Shown piece by piece: positions 12,516 through 24,629 of a stretch of DNA of 64,000 nucleotides; position 1 is the first letter of the stretch; each line of letters begins with the position of its first letter. The stretch comes from Mobula hypostoma (Eukaryota): positions 558,001 to 622,000 of the forward strand of contig NW_026948140.1 of the NCBI RefSeq assembly GCF_963921235.1. The letters run 5' to 3'. Both the position numbers and the translations under genes were made by a program. The notes under the pieces are model-generated. The model made no database searches, was not told the DNA's origin, and was given only the letters and a program-made list of their open reading frames with translations.

Positions 12516-13695
12516 TAAAAATACGAACTGGTCTGTTTTGGTTTCCTCTTGTGATATTACTGAGGTGTCCCGTGACTCTGGTTGTCAAGCTGTTGCCCGT
12601 CTCCCCTATGTATATAATATGGCATTGTTTGCCCTGGATTGCATATACTACATTCTTTTGTTCGCACCTTATCCTCTGGTCTATCTCAGCCCACTTTCTT
12701 GTAGCTCTGTTGTATATGCTTTTTGAAATTCTTATGTATATGCATGCCCTGCAGTTTTCCACCTCGCAGTTTGGCATTGCTCGTACTTTGGTACTGACTA
12801 GTATGTCTTTTAAGTTTCTACCCCTTTTGAAGGCTGAAACTGTGGTGTATTGTCCCAGTGTCCCCCCTTCTGCTTTTAGTTCTTCAAAGTGTGTTTTGAC
12901 TGTCCTGTGGATATCCACTGCCATCCCACTGTATCCAGTTATCAAGGGTAGTTTCTGTGTTGTCCTGTGGTGGGGGATTTGTGATACTTTTTAAAAAGTC
13001 AGATTTGATGTGTCTGAGTCCAGAGAAGAGGATAAGAGTGGCTTGGTGGAAGTCCTCTGCCCTGGTGCAAATGTGGTGAAACCAGGTCAGCTGTCCTTTG
13101 ACAATGCCTCTGAAAGTGTGTTTGGGATGGTGGCTCCCTGTGTGTAGGAGGGCGTGTGTGTCTGTGGTTTTAAAGAATACTTTGGTGCCTAGTTTCTGGC
13201 TGTCATTTTCTGGTGCTAGTTTAAATACCGTAGTGTCCAGGAAGTCAATTTTCTCCCTATTTGTTGCGGCCTTAACCTTAATCGATGGATGATGGGTGTT
13301 TAGGATTTGAATAAACTCCTCTAATTCTACCTCCGAGTGTGTCCACACTCCCCAGATGTCATCCAGGTATGTGTAGAGACACATGGGATCTTTGGGGCAC
13401 TTTGGATAAACTGTTTCCTCCCACTTTGTCATGTATATATTGGCATAGGCTGGAAAAAACGTCTTTCCCATTGCTGCGCCCTTGACTTGTAAGTAGAATT
13501 CATCATTGAATTCAAAGTCATTTTCAGTCAGGCTGAGGTGAAGGCGTTCTATCAAGGCCTCATCTGGTCTCTGTAGCTGAGGGTTGTTCTGTAGGATATC
13601 CCTCACTGCTTCTATACCCCTGTCCCTTTCTATATTGGTGTACAGGCTTTCACTGTCCATGGTGAAGAGTATGGCCTCAGGGGACACTGACATGG
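12516..13695 (-). mobile_element. PLE-B internal fragment (RT and GIY-YIG), frameshifted
   Basis: ORFs 12884-13693 (YLDD, QVKGAAMG) and 12448-12945 (CEVENCRAC, IIYIGETG) closely match 57036-59282. Confidence 0.92.
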
Positions 13696-14818
13696 GTTAG
13701 GATTTCATCCTATTTTGCCTTTTAGGATTACATTGTTTAATTGTGACTTTAGTGTTCAACCTGTTGGTTCACTGCTCTGTGGGTATAAAGTGGTAGAAGC
13801 TTGCGGTTAATTTATGTTGGGGTTGGGGCCTAACCACAGTAGTCTGTGCTAGTTTTCCCAGCTTCTTGGATTTACTTTGGCTTTTGAGGACCAGGATGAT
13901 GAGAGACGTGTCACTTCTGGTTAGGATGCGAGTATGCGGGCAGTGGGCAAAATATCCCTCTCGGGTTTGTGGATCTCGTACTGGAGATGCAGTATCACTT
14001 CACCCTGCCACTTTGTTTTTGGCCCACGTTGTCATCCTCTCAGTCCCCAGCTTGCCTTTATTAGGATCTTCCTCCTTGTTAACTCCATTCTGGAGTTTAA
14101 GTCAAAATGGTGGAGTTATTGCTTATGGATAGTATTTTGGGGTTGGGAGTTTTTTTAGGGACTAAGTGGGGTGATCTGGGATTGTGCAGTGACTGGGAGA
14201 GTCTCCAGTTTCACCACTCCTGTGGCTTCCTCAAGGGAATGTGCTGTAAAAACTCAGGTGCTCTCTGTTTAAACCTGGGTTTGTGTATCTCCCCCATCTG
14301 GAATGTTCCACCCTACCCCCCCCCACCCATTCTCGGCATTGCTTTACCAAACCTGTTTGTCGAGTTCCGCTGCAGCCCCTGACTGTTGCTAAAATATCGG
14401 CCTGCCCTGTTTGTTTAAACTGTTAAAGGTAAATTGTCCGCTAATCTCACTTCTCCTTTTTATTTCCTGACCTTCTCCATTCCTTGAGCCCCGAATTTTT
14501 CATTTCTATTCCTTTAATATCTAGCTAGAGTTAAGATTAGAGTTCATCCTATTTCTCCTTTTAGGATTACATTGTTTAATTGTGACTTTAGTGTTCAATC
14601 TTTTGGTTCATTGCTGTATGGGTATAAAGTGGTAGAAGCTTGTGGTTAATTTATGATGGGGTTGGGGCCTAACCACAGTAGTCTGTGCTAGTTTTCCTAG
14701 CTTCTTGGATTTACTTTGGCTTTTGAAGGACCAGGGTGATGAGAGACGTGTCACTTCTGGTTAAGATGCGAGTATGCGGGCAGTGGTCAAAATATCCCTC
14801 TAGTGTTTGTGGATCCCG
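13696..14818 (-). repeat. PLE-B 3' UTR/pseudo-LTR derived repeat array with HHR
   Basis: Blocks match 55430-55700 and 61140-61745. HHR remnant at 14191-14240. Confidence 0.85.
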
Positions 14819-15960
14819 AATAGTGAGTTAAAAGTTCTTAACAAAAGCATACAAAGCAAAAAAAACAAGTAATTCATATATGTAGCAAACAGAAAGAAAT
14901 TCTAAATGGTTTAAAATTTCTACAGTCTTCCAACAGATCCCATAAAATATCTTCTAATATGAAAACCATCCAAACCAGTCTATTTCAAAGGTAAAGGTAC
15001 TTTTTTAATACCAAAACTTTATGTATTTCTCAATTCTTCCGATCTCATCATTCCTTATAATGCGAAACGATCGAATAATTGTAAGTCTTTTTAACTTCAG
15101 GCTTCAGGCTCATCCGGGAGAGAATTAATAAAACACAATGCATCCTCAAAGATACGAACCCCAGAATCTTTAGCGAAAAGCCTTGATTTAGCCGGGTAGA
15201 GAAGAGAGGGATACATGTGTTTTTGAAAGGCCGCTCGCATTACGGTCGCGAATCCAGAACATTTCTGAACAACTTCACATGGAAAATCTTGAAAGAAACG
15301 AATCTCAGAGCCTTGAAATTTACACAGTCTTTGTTTTCTTGCCAGTTTAATAATACGGTCTTTGTCTCGAATACGAAGGAAACGCACAATGACACGTCTG
15401 TTTTTACCTTGTCTCAGTGTTCCAACTCTTATGGGCTATTTCGATGTCGGGGAATTGTGAAAATGCCTCAGGAAAAAGAGATTGAAACATTTTAGCAAAA
15501 TAGTCCAATATGTCGGCAGATTCTGATTTCTCTTTCAATCCAACAACTCAAATATTATTCCGATGAGAACGATCTTCCAAATCAACAATTCGACGTTGTG
15601 CTTTTTCCAAACGAGAAGAAATATCAGCCACATTCCACGTTACTTCTTTAAGATCCAAGCTCAAAGAATCAATTTTTTCCTCCAAAGAAAGAAGATTTTC
15701 TTTTAGTTGAGTTAATTCAGCGACGACCGAGCTCATTTGAGTCTCTAATCTATTAACCCATGCTGGCTCTTCAGAAGCTTCGTCAGTCTTTTTTAGATTT
15801 ACCATTACCTGTGTCGGGATTCCTTTTAGTGCATCTCAAGGTAGCTATAGTTGTAATTATCACTTTGAAAGATCCGAGTGAATAAAATTAAAATTTCAAA
15901 GGAAAGGGAGAAATTAAAGGCAGACAGAAAGACACTGTGTCTTACATGTCCACAGGCGGA
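14819..15960 (-). mobile_element. L1-clade ORF1 region (inverted relative to the adjacent ORF2)
   Basis: Coiled coil ending DLEDRSHRNNI (15548-15805). RFLRIRDKDRII..GSEIRFFQDF..LLYPAK (15097-15387) is the L1 ORF1p RRM/CTD pattern. Confidence 0.8.
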
Positions 15961-17250
15961 GAGGGAGACAGGTTACCTTTTTTTATCTGTACCTTTTACT
16001 TAGGGCTTGCGTCGATTAATATTGACTTATTCCTGGGCTTTGTAGGTTGGGTGGGTTTTTTTCTTTTTTTATTTCTATTTTTTATTCCCATTATGGAATT
16101 CCAGAGCATACGCAAATTGTTATCATTGTTGCTTATTAATGCCATTCAAAATTACCTTATCCTGACATGTGTTTAATTGTTTTCTTTAGATATAAAGTTT
16201 TATGATGTTAGTTAAACAGTTAAGTGTTTTAAGTTGGAATGTCCGTAGTTGGAATCATTCTATTAAGCGTAAGAAAACATTTAAAATTATTAATCGATTC
16301 CAACCTGATATAATCTTTGCACAGGAGACACATGTCAGGTTATGTGCTAACAATCGATTTTTTAAATTTTGGAAGGCCCCTCAGATTCACGCAAATGCTC
16401 AAAGTAAAATTAGGGGTATTTCCATTTTTATTGATTCTAATATTCCCTTTAATCAGGAGGATATTATTTCTGATATTAATGCTAGATTATTGATTGTTAA
16501 AGGAACAATTTACAATAAGAAAATGGTTTTGGTTAATATATATGGACCAAATGTTGATAATCCTTGATTTTTTAAAGATATTTTCACTGTATTACCTGAT
16601 TTAAATGAATATATGTTATTATTGGGTGGAGATTTTAATACTTGCTTAAATCCCTTATCAGATAAATCATCATCTAGACATCAACTCCCTAATCATTCTG
16701 CATCACTTATTAATTTATTTTTAATTGATTATGGTTTAATTGAAGTCTGGGGACATATGAATCCTACTGATAGAGAATATTCCTTTTTTTCACATGTTCA
16801 TAATAAATATTCGAGAATTGACTATTTTATATCTGAACCTCGACTTTTACTTAATGTTCAGAAATGTGAATATGATGCATTTGTTATTTCTGATCATGCT
16901 CCTTTAAATTTAATATTTGATTTGAAAGAGGTTGTTTCTACAAAACCACCTTGGCGTTTTCCAGAACATTTGTTACAAAGTTCAGATTTTGTTGAGTTGA
17001 TTGAAACTCAGATAAAAGAGTTTTTTCTCTTTAATAATACAGGAAACATCTCAAAGTTAGTAATTTGGGATACGTTAAAAGCTTCTTTACTGGTCAGATT
17101 ATTTCTTATTTAGCTAAATTGAAGAAACAGACAAGAATAGAATTACATAAAATTGCTAAACAAATTAAAGAATTAGATAATATCAATGCAATCTTTCCAA
17201 ATGTTGATTTGTTTAGAAGAAGAGTGGATTTACAATCACAATATTACAAT
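15961..17250 (+). mobile_element. L1-clade ORF2 endonuclease fragment
   Basis: SWNVR, QETH, NIYGPN, GGDFN, YSRIDYF, ISDHAP motifs of the APE endonuclease. Confidence 0.9.
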
Positions 17251-18930
17251 CACGATGTATCGGAAGGATAGGAAGGTAGGCAGAGGGGCAGGCGTGGCTT
17301 TATTGGTAAGAAATGATATTAAATCATTAGAAAGAGGTGATATAGGATCGGAAGGTGCAGAATCTTTAATGGGTTGAGCTAAGAAATTGCAGGGGTAAAA
17401 GGACCCTGATGGCAGTTATTTATAGGCCTCCAAACAGCTGCAGGGCTGTGGACTACCAATTACAAAAGGAAATAGAAAAGGCTTGTCAGAAGGGCAGTGT
17501 GATGATAATTGTGGGGGATTTTAACATGTGAGCGGATTGGGAAAATCAGGTCGGCACTGGATCTCAAGAGAGAGAATTTGTAGAATGTCTGTGAGATGGG
17601 TTTTTAGAACAGCTTGTTGTTGAGCCCACTAGGGGATCAGCTGTACTGGATTGGGTATTGTGTAATGAATCGGAGGTGATTAGAGAGATTGAGATGAAGG
17701 AACCCTGAGGAGGCAGTGATCATAACATGATTGAGTTCACTATGAAATTAGAAAAGGAGAAGCTGAAATCCGATGTGTCGGTATTTCAGTGGAGTAAAGG
17801 AAATTACAGTGGCATGAGAGAGGAACTGGCCAAAGTTGACTGGAAAGGGACACTGGCGGGAAAGATGCAGAGCAGCAGTGGCAGGAGTTTATGCGAGAAG
17901 TGAGGAAGGTGCAAGGCAGGTACATTTCAAAAAAGAAGATATTTTCGAATGGAAAAAGGATGCAACTGTGGTTGACAAGAGAAGTCAAAGCCGAAGTTAA
18001 AGCAAAGGAGAGGGCATACAAGGAAGCAAAAATTAGTGGGAAGACAGAGGATTGGGAAGTTTTTAAAAGCTTACAAAAGGAAACTAAGAAGGTCATTAAG
18101 AGGGAAAAGATTAACTATGAAAGGAAGCTAGCTAATAATATCAAAGAGGATACTAAAAGCTTTTTCAACTATATAAAGAGTAAAAAGCAGGTGAGAGTAG
18201 ATGTAGGACTGATAGAAAATGATGCTGGAGAAATTGTAATGGGAGATAAGGAGATGGCGGAGGAACTGAACGAGTATTTTGCATCAGTCTTCACTGAGGA
18301 AGATATCAGCAGTATACTAGACACTAGGGTGGTAGGGAAGAGAAGTGAGAGCAGTCACAATTACAACAGAGAAAGCACTCAGAAAGCTGAATAGTCTAAA
18401 AGGTAGATAAATCTCCTGGACCAGATGGAATGCACCCTCGTGTTCTGAAGGAAGTAGCTGTGGAGATTGCAATGTCATTAGCGATGATCTTTCAAAAGTC
18501 GATAGACTGTGGCATGGTTCTGGAGGACTGGAAGATTGCAAATGTCACTCCGCTATTTAAGAAGGGGGCAAGGAAGCAAAAAGGAAATTATAGACCTGTT
18601 AGCTTGACATTGGTAGTTGGGAAGTTGTTGGAGTCGATTGTCAAGGATGAGGTTACAGAGTACCTGGAGGCATATGACAAGATAGGCAGAACTCAGCATG
18701 GATTCCTTAAACGAAAATCCTGCCTGACAAACCTATTACAATTTTTTGAGGAAATTACAAGTAGGCTAGACAAGGGAGATGCAGTGGATGTTGTATATTT
18801 GGATTTTCAGAAGGCCTTTGACGAGGTGCCATACATGAGGCTACTTAACAAGATAAGAGCCCATGGAATTATGGGAAAGTTACATACGTGGATAGGGCGT
18901 TGGCTGATTGGCAGGAAACAGAGTGGGAAT
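17240..18930 (+). mobile_element. CR1 ORF2 fragment (EN to RT start) nested in L1
   Basis: YRKDR..GAGVALLVR, GNYRPVSLT, QHGF..KSCLTNL and VYLDFQKAFD. Confidence 0.9.
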
Positions 18931-21900
18931 AAGAACATAGAACATAGAATAGTACAGCACAGTATAGGCCCTTCGGCCCACAATGTTGTGCCGACCCTCA
19001 AACCCTGCCTCCCATATAAGCCCCCACCTTAAATTCCTCCATATACCTATCTAGTAGTCTCTTAAACTTCACAAGTGTATCTGCTTCCACCACTGACTCA
19101 GGCAGTGCATTCCATGCACCAACCACTCTCTGAGTAAAAAACCTTCCTCTAATATCCCCCTTAAACTTCCCACCCCTTACCTTAAAGCCATGTCCTCTTG
19201 TATTGAGCAGTGGTGCCCTGGGGAAGAGGCGCTGGCTATCCACTCTATCTATTCCTCTTATTATCTTGTACACCTCTATCATGTCTCCTCTCATCCTCCT
19301 TCTCTCCAAAGAGTAAAGCCCTAGCTCCCTTAATCTCTGATCATAATGCATACTTTCTAAACCAGGCAGCATCCTGGTAAATCTCCTCTGTACCCTTTCC
19401 AATGCTTCCACATCCTTCTTATAGTGAGGTGACCAGAACTGGACACAGTACTCCAAGTGCGGCCTAACCAGAGTTTTATAGAGCTGCATCATTACATCGC
19501 GACTCTTAAACTCTATCCCTCGACTTATGAAAGCTAACCCCATAAGCTTTCTTAACTACCCTATCCACCTGTGAGGCAACTTTCAGGGATCTGTGGACAT
19601 GTACCCCGAGGTCCCTCTGCTCCTCCACACTACCAAGTATCCTGCCATTTACTTTGTACTCTGCCTTGGAGTTTGTCCTTCCAAAGTGTACCACCTCAAA
19701 CTTCTCCGGGTTGAACTCCATCTGCCACTTCTCAGCCCACTTCTGCATCCTATCAGTGTCTCTCTGCAATCTTTGACAATCCTCTACACTATCTACAACA
19801 CCACCAACCTTTGTGTCGTCTGCAAACTTGCCAACCCACCCTTCTACCCCCACATCCAGGTCGTTAATAAAAATCATGAAAAGTAAAGGTCCCAGAACAG
19901 ATCCTTGTGGGACACCACCAGTCACAATCCTCCAGTCTGAATGTACTCCCTCCACCACCACCCTCTGCCTTCTGCAGGCAAGCCAATTCTGAATCCACCT
20001 GGCCAAACTTCCCTGGATCCCATGCCTTCTGACTTTCTGAATAAGCCTACCGTGTGGAACCTTGTCAAATGCCTTACTAAAATCCATATAGTTCACATCC
20101 ACTGCACTATCCTCATCTATATGCCTGGTCACCTCCTCAAAGAACTCTATCAGGCTTGTTAGACATGATCTGCCCTTCACAAAGCCATGCTGACTGTCCC
20201 TGATCAGACCATGATTCTCTAAATCCCTATAGATCCTATCTCTAAGAATCTTTTCCAACAGCTTTCCCACCACAGACGTAGGGCTCACTGGTCTATAATT
20301 ACCCAGACTATCCCTACTACCTTTTTTGAACAAGGGGACAACATTCGCCTCCCTCCAATCCTCTGGTACCATTCCCGTGGACAACGAGGACATAAAGATC
20401 CTAGCCAGAGGCTCAGCAATCTCTTCTCTCGCCTCGTGGAGCAGCCTGGGGAATATTCCGTCAGGGCCCTGGGACTTATCTGTCCTAATGTATTTTAACA
20501 ACTCCAACACCTCCTCTCCCTTAATATCAGCATGCTCCAGAACATCAACCTCACTCATATTGTCCTCGCCATCATCAAGTTCCCTCTCATTGGTGAATAC
20601 TGAACAGAAGTATTCATTGAGGGCCTCGCTCACTTCCACAGCCTCCAGGCACATCTTCTCACCTTTATTGCTAATCAGTCCTACCTTCACTCCTGTCATC
20701 CTTTTTTTCTTCACATAATTGAACAATGCCTTGGGGTTTTCCTTTACCCTACTCGCCAAGGCCTTCTCATGCCCCCTTCTTGCTCTTCTCAGCCCCTTCT
20801 TAAGCTCCTTTCTTGCTTCCCTATATTCCTCAATAGACCCAGCTGATCCTTGCTTCCTAAACCTCATGTATGCTGCCTTCTTCCTCCTGACTAGATTTTC
20901 CACCTCACTTGTCACCCATGGTTCCTTCACCCTACCATTCTTTATCTTCCTCATGGGACAACTTTATCCCTAACATCCTGCAAAAGATTTCTAAACATCG
21001 ACCACATGTCCATAGTACATTTCCCTGCAAAAACATCATCCCGATTCACACCCGCAAGTTCTAGCCTTATAGCCTCATAATTTGCCTTTCCCCAATTAAA
21101 AATTTTCCTGTCCTCTTTGATTCTATCCTTTTCCATGATAATTATAAAGGCCAAGGAGCGGTGGTCACTGTCCCCCAGATGCTCACCCACTGAGAGATCT
21201 GTGACCTGACCCGGTTCATTACCTAGTACTAGATCTAGTATGGCATTCCCCCTGATCGGTCTGTCCACATACTGTGACAGGAATCCGTCCTGGACACACT
21301 TAACAAATTCTTCCCCATCTAAACCCTTGGAACTAATCAGGTGCCAATCAATATTAGGGAAGTTAAAGTCACCCATGATAACAACCCTGTTATTTTTGCA
21401 CCTTTCCAAAATCTGCCTCCCAATCTGCTCCTCTGTATCTCTGCTGCTACCAGGGGGCCTATAGAATATCCGCAGTAGAGTAACTGCTCCCTTCCTGTTC
21501 CTGACTTCCACCCATATTGACTCAAAAGAGGATCCTGCTACATTACCCACCCTTTCTGTAGCTGTAATAGTATCCCTGACCAGTAATGCCACCCCTCCTC
21601 CCCTTTTTCCACCCTCTCTATCCCTTTTAAAGCACTGAAATCCAGGAATATTGAGAATCCATTCCTGCCCTGGTGCCAGCCAAGTCTCTGTAATGGCCAC
21701 TACATCATAATTCCATGTATGTATCCAAGCTCTCAGTTCATCACCTTTGTTCCTGATGCTTCTTGCATTGAGGTACACACATTTCAGCCCTTCTACCTTA
21801 CTGTCTTCACACCGTTTATTCTGCTTCTCTTTCCTCAAAGCCTCTCTGTATGTTAGATCTGGCTTTACTCCATGCACTTCTTTCACTGCTCGATCGCTCT

Positions 21901-22158
21901 GGGTCCCATCCCCCTCGCAAATTAGTTTAAACCCTCCCGAACCATGCTAGCAAACCTACCTGCAAGGATATTGCTCCCCCTCGCGTTCAGGTGCAACCCA
22001 TCCAATCTGTACAGGTCCATCTTCCCCAGAAGAGATCCCAATGATCTAAAAATCTAAAACCCTGCTCCCTGCACCAACTCCTCAGCCACGCATTCAACTG
22101 CCATCTCCTCCAATTCTTACCATCACTGTCACGTAGCACTGGCAGCAATCCTGAGAAT
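18931..22158 (-). mobile_element. CR1 LINE with ORF1 3' end, near-complete ORF2 (two frameshifts) and tail
   Basis: ORFs 20951-21886 (EN), 19506-20954 (RT, FADD) and 18998-19543 (C-term). (TTCTATG)n-type tail at ~18931-18950. ORF1 esterase end LDGLHLN...EGLN* at ~21922-22015. Confidence 0.95.
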
Positions 22159-23155
22159 GTCAGGGATCCATTAGTAGAATTTATAATTTATTTTTACTGC
22201 AGAAAGATAACCTCTCACTAAAGATTAAACAAAATTGGGAGAGAGAACTTAATATGACTTTTGTTAATGAAGGTTGGTTGCAGGTTCTGAAAATGGTTAA
22301 TTCTTCTTCGATATGTGCCAATCATTGTTTACTTCAGTTTACAAACGTATGTAAAATTGTTAACTGTTATTATTTAACAAAGGAGAGGCTAACCAAAATA
22401 TTTCCTAATATAGATAATTATTGTGATAGGTGCAAAAATGAAGTAGCTACTTTGTCACGTATGTTCTGGTCATGTCCCTCATTGAAATCTTTTTGGAAAT
22501 CTTTATTTTCTACAATTTCTAAAGCTCTGAAAATTAATTTACAACCTAATACATTTACTGTTCTATTTGGAATAGTTCTGCGTCATATTCAGGGTATTTA
22601 ATTTTCAAACCAACATGTAATTGCATTCATTACATTGTTGGCAAGAAGGGCTATTTTATTGAAGTGGAAAGATACCTCTGCTCCTACACTAGTTCAGTGG
22701 TTTTCCCAAGTAATATTATGTCTTAGTTTAGAAAAAATTAGAAGTAGAACTTTTGATCCCCGATTTGATTTTGAGAGAAGGTGAGGCTCTTTTGCTAAAT
22801 ATTATCATTTAATTTTAATTAATTTACATGGTTTCCTTACAATTTTATATTATATAAATGTGATTTGGTGGTTCTTGTTTTCTTTTTCTTATATCTATAC
22901 GATTGTAAGACGTATTGCTCCGGGAGTTGGTTCCTAATGGGTTTTTTTTCTCTCTTTTTTTTCGTTTTGTAGTTAGTGGGTTTTTTTTAGTTAGTTGGCG
23001 TTCTCTTTCTTCCTTCTCTTTCTTTTATAAATTTTTTTCCATTAACATATATAAGTTCTTTTCTTCAGCTTTATTAATTATATATATACTAATTTGTTGA
23101 ACTTCTGTATTTTATAGCTGTAGAAGATTATATATCAATAAAAAAAATTTTTAAA
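22159..23155 (+). mobile_element. L1-clade ORF2 C-terminus and 3' UTR with polyA
   Basis: WEREL, CDRC..ATLSRMFWSCP zinc-knuckle region. T-rich UTR ending aataaaaaaaa. Confidence 0.88.
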
Positions 23156-23164
23156 TGTAAATGA

Positions 23165-23915
23165 GACTGGGTGCTGTGTTCTGTGGGTTGTGCAGTGACT
23201 GGGAGAGTCTCCAGTTTCGCCTCTCCTGTGGATTCCTCAAGGGAAAGTGCTGTAAAAACTCAGGTGCTCTCTGTTTAGTGACCTTCTCCATTTCTTGAGC
23301 CCCTAATTTTTCATTTCTATTCCTTTAATATCTAGTTAGAGATAAGGTTAGATTTCATCCTATTTCTCCTTTTAGGATTACATTGTTTAATTGTGACTTC
23401 AGTGTTCAATCTGTTGGTTCACTGCTCTGTGGGTATAAAGTGGTAGAAGCATGGGGTTAATTTATGTTGGGGTTGGGGCCTAACTGCAGTAGTCTGTGCT
23501 AGTTTTCCTAGCTTCTTGGATTTACTTTGGCTTTTGAGGACCAGGATGATGAGAGACGTGTCACTTCTGGTTAGGATGCCCCATGTTGTCATCATCTCAT
23601 TCCCCGACTTGCCTTTATTAGGATCTTCCTCCTCATTCATCGCCATTCTGGAGTTTAAGTTAAAATGGTGGAGTTATTTCTTATGTAAAGTGTTTTGGGG
23701 TTGGGTGTCTTTTTCAGGGACTGGGTGCTGTGATCTGGGGGTTGTGCAGTAGCTCATTGAGGGGTGTTAATGGGGGGGAAGGCCCCGGGGTAGAGTTAAG
23801 TAGAGTTAGAGTTAAGGCCCGAGGGTGGAGGATTCACGGCAGAGGGAGGTGAGGTGGGGTGGCAACTGGCAAAATGGTGGTGTTATTGCTTATGGATAGT
23901 GTTTTGGGGTTGGGT
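23165..23915 (-). repeat. PLE-B 3' UTR derived repeat with HHR
   Basis: Same blocks as 13696-14818. HHR remnant at 23197-23245. Confidence 0.85.
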
Positions 23916-24039
23916 GCTTTGGAAGATCGGAATGGTAGTCCATGCATGGATGGGCGTAACCACAACTGATATTTTGTATCTGTATTTATTCAAGAGATTG
24001 ACAAAGAGTCCATAGAAGTGAGGCAAAGTGGCATCAACT

Positions 24040-24625
24040 TCAGGACCACATACAGATTACAAAGGAGGAGGTATTTGCTCTCATGAGGCAAGTCAGGTAA
24101 ATCCCCAGGGCCTGACAATATGTTCCCTCACACTCTGTAGAACGCAAGTGCATAAATTGCCCGGGCCCTAGCAGAGATATTTAAATCACCCTTAGCAACA
24201 CATGAGGTACCATAGGATTGGAGAATCGCCTGTGTTGTTCCACTGATTAAGAAAGGCTTTAAACAAACCAGGAAATTATAGACTGGTGAGTCTGTCATCA
24301 GTTGTGGGAAAGTTATTGGAAGGCATTCTAAGGGACCAGATATATGAGTATTTGGATAGACATGGACTGATTAAGGAAAGTCAGCATGGGGTCATGTGTG
24401 GTATGTCGCATCTAACTAATCTTATAGAATTTTTTCGAGGAAGCTACCAGAAAAGAGGATAAAGGCAAGGCAGTGAATGTTGTCTTCATGGACTTTAGCA
24501 AGGCCTTTATATGATCCTACATGGGATATGAAGAAGGTACAGTTGTTTGGCATTCAATATGAGGTAGTAAACAGAGGTCATGGATTAAGGGTGAAAGGTG
24601 AAAGGTTGAAGGGGAACATGGGACA
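24040..24625 (+). mobile_element. CR1 RT fragments, degenerate
   Basis: ccaggaaattatagactggtgagtctg (PGNYRLVSL), cagcatgg and atggactttagcaaggccttt (MDFSKAF). Confidence 0.8.
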
Positions 24626-24629
24626 ATTG

